Shown here piece after piece: positions 54,825-64,000 of a DNA stretch of 64,000 bases. This DNA comes from Paraspadella gotoi (Eukaryota; Animalia; Chaetognatha), in contig CM119267.1 in the NCBI GenBank assembly GCA_051294375.1, forward strand, positions 19,005,790 through 19,069,789, in the 5' to 3' direction. Made by a program: the position numbers and the translations under genes. Numbering within the stretch: the stretch's first letter is position 1; each line of letters opens with the position of its first letter. The notes beneath the pieces were generated by a model. It was not told the DNA's origin. It was given only the letters and a program-made list of their open reading frames with translations, and ran no database searches.

Positions 54825-57450
54825 GAATTTGGTTACAAAATAAATAAAAAATTGTAGAGATTTTTCGATTCGTGTTCGGTCTGACATTCCCCACCGCCAA
54901 CAAAATGAGTTTGAGGACTCTCAAACTAAGGCTCCGTGTAAGTCTGACTGAAATCTAGGTAAGTAAGACGGGGTGAAATGGTTGGGAAAGGAAAATATAA
55001 TGCTAAGCGGCCTAAATCGCGCGGTAAAAAAAATTGGTCAACAGAGACGATACAGGAGAGGCCCGGACGGTAGCGAGAAAGAGGAGGAAAAAGCGTGAAT
55101 GAAAAAACCTAAACCCGCTGGACCTCGAGCCTGGGATCTCGGGAGGCAGGCGGGAGCCGCAGAGGCTATGAGAGAAATGATGAGGGACAAACGCGTTCGC
55201 ATGATGGCGAAACCCTATTTCGGTTCTTTTCTGCGAGGAATCCCGCGCACGGAACACGGATTCCCATGGAACACACATTTCTGTCTAATTTCATGCGCGA
55301 GCGAAAGAGAGAGAGAGAGACCGACGAGATTGAGCCAGAGAGAGACAGAGCGAGACTGAAGAGAAGAGAGAGTGACGAAGAGACGACTGACCCTGAGCAG
55401 AGAGAGAGAGAGAGAGGAGAAAGTAAAATAAGTAAGGAAAAACAGGAAAGAGAAGGAAGTGATACTGTAGTTCTGATTGCCTTTAAGACATGACTCTTAA
55501 ACGTACTTTTTTAACCACACGATTCTCAACATTGACCTAAAACACATCATCTATAAAATAATGCAATCCGCTTTTATTTTGCCGCTGCTACCGACCTCCA
55601 TTCCAGAGTCACGTCCTTCATCCTGCCAATGGATGTCTCCGGATCCGGGTCACCGCAGACACAGAGGCGACGAGACGATAGAGAGACAGAGGACGTGGAA
55701 AACTATCAAGAAGGAAGACGAAGAGGAAAGGGAGACGGCAAGAAGAAGCAGCGGCAGAGGCAGGAGCATGCACGCACTGCGTGCCGCACGGTGGCGCCCT
55801 CAACTTTGACCCACATCCCACGAAATCCGACCCAAATAATAAGAACAGTCGACCATCGAGGCCCTCAAAAGACGAGAGAAGCACTTTTTACGATCCTGAA
55901 AGAGATTTTATTTTTCTATAATTCATTTCGATCCGGACGCCCGAGGAAAGTTAAAGCATTTTTGTCCGGAAATGTGGAAATTTTAAATTCTCCTGGAAGA
56001 TCTCCCGCGTCGGTGTTTCCTCAACCGGCTCCAGTCGCGTAAATGGGAGATTCGTCTAAAAGGTTGAGCAAGGGGAACTTAATGTCGAGGTGCATTTTTT
56101 AGTTAAGAGTTGTCTGAGATTGCATTATTTATGTTTATGTCAATAAAAATAGTTGGTCGTTGTCCGGTCTCGTCGATTGTTGCTCGCATCCTCGTTAGAA
56201 GTTTACAATGCAGAAAAACCAAGCGAAAATAAGAGAAACAAATTGATAATTATTGTTGCGAGACGCTTAATACACAAACGAACGACGACGAAACGACAAG
56301 ACTAGGAAAGAGAGAAAGGATAAAGAGGACGACGCATGTCTATGTAAAAATGTAACGATTAATTGGCATCATAAATGAAAATGAAACTCAAAATAATCGA
56401 TTAAAAAGAGAGCATACAATAGATATGTCAAATACCCTAAACATTAAACATTCCCCGAACAGTAAAACGCCGGAGAAAAGAAGGTCGACAGCGAAAACGA
56501 CATCCGAGCGCTCCGTTGACGACAACAACGACGAGAAAAACGCACGACGACGACGTCGGACGACAAACAAACGACGACGAATTCCTCAAAGCAATCGATA
56601 CTGACCCGAAACTTAAGCGCCAAATCGAGTGCCGAGTTATACGAAATGAAAAGAGCGGACAAGAAAATGGTGCTGAGAGAAAGAAAAGCCAATAGAGTAC
56701 GAGGAGCAATACCTTTGATAATAACATAGATATTAGAAATAATAAAAACACTTGAAGGACATAAGAATCATTAAGGACATAAATATAGAAATAATAAAAA
56801 CCTTGAAGACATAAGGTACAAGATATACAATATACTCACGTATACATACGGTAAAACAGAGAGTTAAAATAAAATGAATTAAATCTTATACAGAGATTAA
56901 ACTATAAAATTATATAATAGAACGTTTTAAGTTTTCATGGATGTTAGAAAACTAAAGAACTATAAATGACGGTGGTCGTCAAGTTCAAATATTGTTATAA
57001 ACATTCCTAATTAGTGGCCTACTAGGAGGTAAAAATGTGAACACAAGTTTATACAAAAAAAAATGACGTAAATGTAAATACAACGTTAAACTGTCGTTCC
57101 GTCATCTCGATCTTTGCCCCGCAGAATCCGTTTTCCTACTACTAAAATTTGAAACAAGCTTTTTTTTCCCTTTCGGATATGTTTTTCCCATTCGCGTGAC
57201 TCTATCTCTGATTTAGGCTCTTGATCGAGTAAAAGTATCGAGCTGAGTTGTTTTTACCATTTTTCTTCATTCCATCGAGTTGCAACAAGTGTCGTTTCTA
57301 ACCCGGCGGTTGGTGCGCATAATAAGTCCTGAATATAAACAAATAAAACCAAAAACTGACTTTAACAAACCAAAAAAAAAAAAACAATAAAACCTAAGTT
57401 AAACGCCCTGAAGTTTCTCCCTTTTCGCAGTTTTCGCCACGATTTTTTAA
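54825..57450 (+). repeat. Direct low-quality copy of 47045-48771 (spans its N gaps)
   Basis: Shared ATTTGGTTACAA.AAATAAAAAATTGTAGAGATTTTTCGAT, ATTCCAGAGTCA and AAAGTATCGAG...GATTTTTTAAGC. Confidence 0.88.
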
Positions 57451-57563
57451 GCCGAAAATCTCCAGCCACCATTTTCTTTTTTTTTTTCCTGGACCCATGT
57501 TAATTTTCTGCAAAAATAAAAAAGAAACCCAAAAAAAGCCGTTTTTTTTCTCTTGCGCCTAAA

Positions 57564-57647
57564 ATGGCGTCGCCGCCGCGAAAATACAAAGCGGATGAAA
57601 TCGGCACCGCGAAATGAAAAAAGAAGCCGCATGAATGCGGAGCCGAG
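57564..57647 (+). CDS. Possible first coding exon of TIR/beta-trefoil gene (error-containing)
   Basis: AAAATGGCG start context and donor GAG|GTGAGC (phase 0, fits exon at 57939). This copy has an in-frame TGA, but the redundant copy at 54775 reads MASPAENTKADESAPEM. The inverted copy at about 54240-54350 bridges the 25-N gap at 57711. Confidence 0.4.
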
Positions 57648-57938
57648 GTGAGCGTCACGAGAACAAACAAAAAAAAAAAGTTGATAAAAAATTCGGTTAA
57701 CTTTGCCTGTNNNNNNNNNNNNNNNNNNNNNNNNNCCTGGATTTTTTTCTTCTTTTTTTTACCCAAGTTTTTTTTGTTATTTATTTTTCTAGACGCGCGC
57801 GGGTATGTGTTTGTTGTTTGCAAGGTTTCGCGTTTAGTAAAATCCAACTAAAAACCTAAAATATGTTGTATTTTAAAATATAAAAATAGAAAAAATAGTA
57901 TTAAAAAGAGACTCGTTAACCGATTCGCGTCATTTCAG

Positions 57939-58049
57939 GACCCAACATCTAATGCAGGATCCAGATCCAACGGCCGAGTGATGATCAGCTACTCGTGGAA
58001 GCCGGAATGTTCGTCCAAAGTCGCCGAAGTAATTCACTTACTTTTGAAG
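57939..58049 (+). CDS. TIR-domain gene exon: DPTSNAGSRSNGRVMISYSWKPECSSKVAEVIHLLLK (TIR betaA/alphaA)
   Basis: TTTCAG| acceptor, 37 open codons, AAG|GTAAGT donor in phase 0. VMISYSW is the typical TIR_2 box-1 start. Confidence 0.82.
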
Positions 58050-59311
58050 GTAAGTCATATTGTTTTGGAAGAAGTAAATAAAAACGACAAACGCTCTCCT
58101 CGTAAAATCTTCGGGCAATTTCCCTTCTTTTTATGAAAGCCCCTCAGCACCATAACCAATTCCATAAGCGCCGTATATTGCGCAATAAGACCTCTTTAAA
58201 TGAACGTTTAATTCCACTACATCCGGTTGCCGCGCGGACAAGCGTCGATTTCCGTATCATATTCAATCCCTGGCGCCGACCCCGCTCTCTCTTAAGCGGG
58301 ACCCATAAAAACAGAGCCTCTTTTTCTGATTTGAGGCCAACAAAAGTCAGACTTTTTCTTTTTCGTCCATCAGATAAGAAAGAAGGAAGAAAGAATGATT
58401 CTTGGAGGAAAAGTGGAATTCGTTATGGCCGAGGAAAGTCTGGAAAGCGTGGGGCCAAGGCGGGGCTGGGACAAAGGGTCGAATATAGACAAAATAAGGG
58501 GGACGGTATTTTGTTTTTAAATAATTATTTGTATGTTCATTGAAACCTAAATAATGACATCGTATTTCCCATTAACACGTTCAATGACTATGGAACCGAA
58601 ACGAGAGCGTTTGTGATGGAGTCAATAGTTTTGTTGTCATCATATAATTAGTTAATTTTGAAAAAGAAAAAAAAATATCAGAACATAAAAAAAATTATAT
58701 TACAAACAGATACGAAAGAAAAGTAAACCTTTTTGTTTACAAACAACAACAAACAACACAACGTTAAGAAAATAAACATGAACATAAACAAGTCTTTATC
58801 AGCGCAAAAAACACAGAAACACAACAAAAAAAAACAGAAACTTTTAATCTTTTAAATCTTTAAATAAAAAGTAAAAAAAGAGACACAACCGGGTCTCTTA
58901 ACATCGTCGCCCTCATCTTTCATCAATTCGACCCGCATGTTTTCCTCCCTCGATCGAAGGGAAAGTCGGTTTTTCGACGGTAGCCGGAACTAGGGGCCCC
59001 GGATGTAACTAGCCCAGCCGATTTTCGGTCCGGCGGCGAGACTTCGTTTTCATCTGTCTCGGAGGAGGAGGAGGAGGAGGGCAGTTAATCGAGTTTTATT
59101 TTTATTTATAATTTTTAAGAATTTCAGGAGCTTTCTGACTCGATAGTCTCCGAGCGTCGTTTTAAAACTTGATCAAAATGTCACGTTTTTAACCATTATG
59201 TTTGTATTTTTTTTTATCAACTTTTCTTTAACTTTGTTTTTTTTATTTAATCTTTCGTCGAATGACACTGTTCTTCTGTTCAAAACAATGTCCGACTGTT
59301 CTTTCGTTCAG

Positions 59312-59477
59312 GCTAATAACTACGACGTTTGGATCGACAAGGAGCAGATGAGAGGAGACATGTCGGACAAGATGGAGGAAGCCGTGAGAACATCGGACGT
59401 CGTCGTCGTCGTCGTCAGCGAAAGATATCCCGAGAGCGCCAATTGCAAGAAGGAGTGCCAATACGCCAGTCAGATAG
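59312..59477 (+). CDS. TIR-domain gene exon: ANNYDVWIDKEQMRGDMSDKMEEAVRTSDVVVVVVSERYPESANCKKECQYASQI
   Basis: GTTCAG| acceptor in phase 0 and donor G|GTGGGG in phase 1. Motifs VWID, MEEAV, hydrophobic betaC and S..Y..S.NC..E are TIR hallmarks. Confidence 0.92.
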
Positions 59478-59830
59478 GTGGGGACGCGAGATAAATCGTT
59501 TACGAAACAAAAGAGCCTCGATTGTAATGGGGAGAAATAAAAGATTATTTAAAATGTACGTTTTTAAAAGGTAGTTGAAATGCTCATTTTTTAAAGTAAT
59601 TGAGGCGACTTACCACGGGCTTGACTCAGTAACGCTTTTTTTCCCTCTCTATCATAGTGCCGGTGAGACCAAATTCAAACTTTTATTTAACTTGCGGCAT
59701 CAATCGCTGTCGACTTACACGAAAAAAATGTGATTTTGTTTTAATATTAAAAACAAATGGTCACGTTCCTAATACCTTCCACACGTCTCATCCAAATTCC
59801 CCATATTTCCATCTCGCCTTTCCATCCCAG

Positions 59831-59977
59831 ATGCCAATAAGATCCTCCCCGTCAAATGCAGCCCCTTCTGGCCCGAGGGAAACTGGCTCGCCTTCCTCCT
59901 TGCCGGAAAACTCTTCTACGACTTCGACGTCGCTGATTTCGCCCAAAAAGACGAAATCGGAAGAAAGTTTTTGAAAG
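59831..59977 (+). CDS. TIR-domain gene exon: DANKILPVKCSPFWPEGNWLAFLLAGKLFYDFDVADFAQKDEIGRKFLK
   Basis: CCCAG| acceptor and G|GTAAGG donor, both phase 1. KILPV..GNWL..L.GKLFYDF matches the C-terminal half of invertebrate TIR_2 domains. Confidence 0.9.
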
Positions 59978-60535
59978 GTAAGGTTTCGAGGTTTCGCCAC
60001 TCTTTCGTGAGAAATTTCGATTGGTGTCTCTTGAAATTATTATTTTTATGGTATTTAAGTTTTTTTTTTTTTTTTTTTTTTTTTTTGCATGTTGATCAAG
60101 ATTTTCAGCCTCGTTTTTAAAACTTTGCGAATTTAAACTTCCCGCTCGAACGACTAACCTAATGAGAAACCGATAATTTTTTTTTTGAGAAAATTCCGTC
60201 CATGCCTAGAAAAACCGTTAATCTCATTTACATATTGCGGCGAAAGCCTTCGAAGAGTTTGCGTTATTTTTTATGGTTGAGTCGGTCGGCGCTTTCATCC
60301 GCAAGAAATTTTTTTTTCTGGAAAAATCGTCAAGATAAAAAAAATAATTCCTAAAAATTTTTAGAATTAATTTTTACGAACTGTAAATTTATTAGATTCT
60401 TTCCTTGACGATAGTTTTCTGCATAAAAACTGAAATATTTTGTTTTCAATTTGATCGTTCTCATTAAAATAGTTAAATTAAATTGAATTGTTGAATAAAT
60501 AAATACACTATTTCAGTTTATTTATTTTCCCTCAG

Positions 60536-61420
60536 GCGTGGCCGAAATCATCTCCAAAAAACAACAGACGAATTCCTTCGGCAAACCGTTCGCCGCCGTC
60601 GCGCCTCTTTTACAACCCACCACGCCCACCGCTCCAACGGCTCCCACCTCCGCTCCATCCGCTCCCCCTCTCTCCGACCCACAAAAGCCCACGGCCCGCT
60701 CCACCGCCGCTTCCCTCATGGACCTCGTCCCCTTCGCAATCGACCCAGTCGCCTACACATTCAAGGAATCCAACTTACCGGACGGCTGGTGGTTCTCGGC
60801 GCCGGAACCGTCGTCTCTCTCCATGACCTCGTCGCTCACGGTGGCGCTGCGTTCGACAACGTCGCGCGGCTGGTTCGTCGCGGAGCGTCGCAAGTTGTCC
60901 GCGGACCGCGATACGTCGGGACCGTGGGAAAAGTGGAAGCTGCAGATGAGAACCTCCGGCGGGGAGATTCTGACCGAGTCTGAGCGAATGGATGCCCTGA
61001 AGCTGCGGAAACAGCAGCTGGAAGCGGGGCATGTCAGCCAGCAGCTGTTTTCCCTGCAGTCGGCGCATGGCTCCTTCTTGGTGTGGGACGATCACGATCG
61101 ACGCCCAAAGCTCGTGGAGACATCGCCGACGTCGCCCCTGCCGTCCAACTGTCTCTTCGTCGTGAGACCGCGCCGTCCGCGGCGAAGGCGTTGGCGCTGA
61201 GGGACGATAGAGGTCGCTCTGCGCGTCCCCTCGTCGACGGTGACGCTGAAGACGGACTTGGCGGGACGCTGACGTTCGGGAAACTGACGGCGTGGTAGTG
61301 GTTTGTCGGCGGCGGCGAGTGGTTCTCCTCCGTGGCAGCACCCGGAATTCCATCTTGCAAAAGCCTAACGGCGGTGACTTTGCCGACGAGATTCAGGAAT
61401 TCTTCCTCAAATCCTGGCAG
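60536..61420 (+). CDS. TIR gene exon: end of TIR, Pro/Thr/Ala linker, fascin/hisactophilin-like beta-trefoil repeats; frameshifted after about 61165
   Basis: CCTCAG| acceptor in phase 1. VALRSTTSRGWFVAERRKLSADRDTSGPWEKWKL and FSLQSAHGSFLV resemble fascin-like repeats. The frame as assembled stops at 61200, but coding-like sequence continues in shifted frames (ALALRDDRGR; DEIQEFFLKSWQ) to a possible donor CAG|GTGAAG at 61421. Confidence 0.75.
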
Positions 61421-61445
61421 GTGAAGAGAGAGAGAGAGGAGAGGG

Positions 61446-61480
<35 letters not shown>

Positions 61481-62130
61481 GAGAAGAGAGAGAGAGAGAG
61501 AGAGAGAAGGGTCACAATCCTGAATTCTTTATTTTTTTATCTTTTTAATCTTTTTATTCGCCTTGCTTTCTTTTTTTTATTTTTACTTCTTTTTCTCTCC
61601 TTTTCTTTTTCTCTCTCTTTCAAATATCGTTTTAAAATCTCATTTTAATTACAATTACAATTAGAGAGTCCGTAAAATTTTTCGCCTTTTCTCTCTGAGA
61701 ATTTCGCTTTTTTCTTTTTTCTTCTTTTTTCCCTGTTTTTCTTAATATACTTTGACACTTGACTTGAGAAAATAGACGACATGGATTTTCCATTAGTTGA
61801 TAAAAATATCTTTACTCTTTACAAGCATTCTCTCAAATTATTTTCGAAAATACCTTGCTACGTTATTTTTTTTTAATAATACCAAAAACAGTATTTACAT
61901 AATCATACTGTTTATTTCAGTGCCGCTTGAAGTATAAATCGGTAAGAAATGTCAACAGCATAATAGATTTTGTTTGTTAGATGCCACAAGTTAACTTTTT
62001 TCAGTTTGTTCAGGTTTCGATAATATAATGAATTTTATTAGGTCAGAACTTCATAAGACGGTTAATCATCTTTTACAGCTAAAGATAAAACTAAAATAAT
62101 TTAAATATACTTTATATATCGGTAAACATT

Positions 62131-62670
62131 ATTGAATAGGAAGCCAGGTACTCTGGGAGTGAATACAAAGACTGTGAGAGAGTCTTGATTGAAAGCTTGC
62201 AGGGACCTGCTATTCATTATCTTGTAAGAGTGATGGAGCCTTAAACACCAAAGCCTGTCCAAAGTCAGGGGCAAGATAGCTTATTTATTAAATGAATGGA
62301 TAATTTTATATATGGTTGTACCAATTTCATAAAAATTCAGCTCCTTTGCTATTCTTGATGCTAGTGCGAGCATACACATAAGTATTCCCGCGATCTAATA
62401 CTTAAGGGAGTGGTCTTTTCATACAATTGAAACTATTCTTTGAAATAATTTTTCCCACTTCATTGATAGGAAGCCAGGTACTCTGGAGTGAATAAACAAG
62501 ACTGTGAGAGAGTTTGATTGAAAGCTCGCAGGGACCTGCTATGTCATTATCTTGTAAGAGTGATGGAGGCCTTAAACCACCAAAGCCTGTCAAAGTCAGG
62601 GGCAGATAGCTTATTTATTAAATGAATGGATAAATTTTTTTTATTGGTTGTACAATTTCATACAACACAT
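62131..62670 (+). repeat. Dispersed ~330-bp repeat, 1.6 tandem copies
   Basis: ATAGGAAGCCAGGTACTCTGG...GGTTGTAC.AATTTCATA repeated at about 62131 and 62462. A diverged reverse-complement copy lies at about 20900-21240. Confidence 0.8.
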
Positions 62671-63084
62671 ACAACAAAATATATTTAGAAACCGGAGGCG
62701 ACCTTTTTTTTATCTAATCGAGTTGGAATCTTTTTTAGCCAAAATATTTTATTTTCCGAATCGATTTCGATGGTCGGGACAAAATCCAAACAAAAACTTT
62801 GCCGAGTTTCGCCGCCGCGACGTGAAACAAAAAAGTTTATGTTCCGCGTGTAGTTCTTTAAGCGAATTCGTTTGTGATATAAAAAGAGTGAAGAGAGATT
62901 CAGAATTCATGAAAAAGAGTTAAAACAACTGATTGAATTATATAAACATTCACTAAAAGCATCGATAGATTTATTTTTGTTAATATTCTACCGGTGTTTT
63001 GACTCCAAACTTTACAATTCACGGAATTGAAATATCTTTGGTATTTCAAATAAATCTACAGCTGAATAGACAGAATAATTGTTA

Positions 63085-63290
63085 CGAATAAGTGATAATA
63101 CCTTTTAATATTAGCAGTCCCTGAGCTTCGGATCAGGCTGTAACACCGTGTAACAGGCGGGTTAAGCGCCAGTGCCTGTTAACTCTTATTCGGCCACCTT
63201 AGGGTTGGGAGGCGGATGAGTTGCCTCCTGAACCAATGGCCTCTGAAGTCCACCAGACAGCTTTTATTAGGGGAACTCAATCGATCACAT
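63085..63290 (+). ncRNA. Candidate structured intronic RNA or structured repeat (class unknown)
   Basis: Several hairpins including a cUUCGg-capped stem, plus a possible pseudoknot, in a GC-rich island just upstream of the 63317 acceptor. No family recognised. Confidence 0.3.
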
Positions 63291-63316
63291 CCTTTCTTTT
63301 TCTCCCAAAATCACAG

Positions 63317-63489
63317 AAACACCCGGTGACTGTGAAGAGTCCTTTTCTCTTCGGACGATCCTACCTCGTCGCAGATTCTAACCAAGCGGAACCTCTCGTC
63401 CTATGCGCCTTTTTTACGGGATTTGAAAACGAAGCCATGTTGAGGACGAGGAAAGGAGCGATACTTATCTGCGATAAGGATAAAAACGG
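63317..63489 (+). CDS. Probable further exon of TIR/beta-trefoil gene (KHPVTVKSPFLFGRSYLVADSNQAEPLVLCAFFTGFENEAMLRTRKGAILICDKDKNG)
   Basis: Pyrimidine tract and CACAG| acceptor (phase 0, matches donor at 61421). Strong GG|GTAAGT donor. VTVKS..G.SYLVAD and AMLRT.KG..L resemble the trefoil strand motif. Confidence 0.62.
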
Positions 63490-64000
63490 GTAAGTCTCTC
63501 TTCTCTCTCTCTCTCTCTCCTTCTCTCTCTCCCTTTATTGTCTTCTTTCCTCGCTTCTCCTCCCTTTCATTCTCTCCGTTTTCTGCCACACAAGCACTAG
63601 CTCCTTTATTTTCTTCCCTTCCCCGCTTCATAGTTTTTATTTCACTTTTAACTTACAGAATTATTTGCATATTACAGAGGTCAACTTTTAACCAGAACAA
63701 ATGATTGAAAATTTATTTAATCTAACTAATTTACTGCCCTATAATCTTTTTACTACACAAAACATAAAATATTACGAATAACTAATTTCATGAGCTCATT
63801 GGCGTTTTTTTTAATCAAAAATTTGTTTAAAAAAATTAAAAGCAAAGAAATCAAAACTAAGTTTTTAAAAAAACATAATAGACTAACTCTTTTTTTAAAT
63901 AATATATTACTAATATATTTGTGACCAGAGATGTGGAAGCGATCGATTTCTCAAAACAAAAATTTATAGAAAAATTTGAGGCGTGTTTTTTGTGATAAAG

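Noticed and set aside
63110-63245. Assignment of the structured island to pistol, twister, HDV or hammerhead ribozyme
   Set aside because: Some short motifs resemble them but the order and conserved cores do not fit. Kept only as an unclassified structure.

Overview
Eukaryotic, arthropod-like genomic DNA from a gap-filled draft assembly: introns, (AG)n/(GAC)n microsatellites, many N gaps, nine of them exactly 25 N. Two multi-exon genes can be reconstructed by hand on the + strand. (1) A rhomboid intramembrane serine protease (exons 9778-9829, 12933-13142, 26187-27265, 27834-28778; 761 aa if all four join). It has an EF-hand and an unusually long, repetitive, low-complexity N-terminus. (2) A gene missing as a unit from the ORF track: an N-terminal TIR domain (TIR_2 type, putative catalytic Glu retained), a Pro/Thr linker and fascin/hisactophilin-like beta-trefoil repeats (exons from about 57564 to 63489, probably continuing past the window). 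Mobile DNA includes a Helentron-associated (HINE/DINE-1-like) family. One copy carries a nested 617-bp fold-back hAT-like MITE with an 8-bp TSD, and the empty site is visible in a sister copy. There is also a ~145-bp satellite array, a dispersed ~330-bp repeat, and a highly structured GC-rich intronic island at about 63085-63290. Roughly 40% of the window is redundant, indel-ridden direct or inverted copies of neighbouring sequence, including second copies of both genes. These look like long-read gap-filling artefacts or alternate haplotypes rather than real paralogs. No CRISPR, rRNA or tRNA was found.
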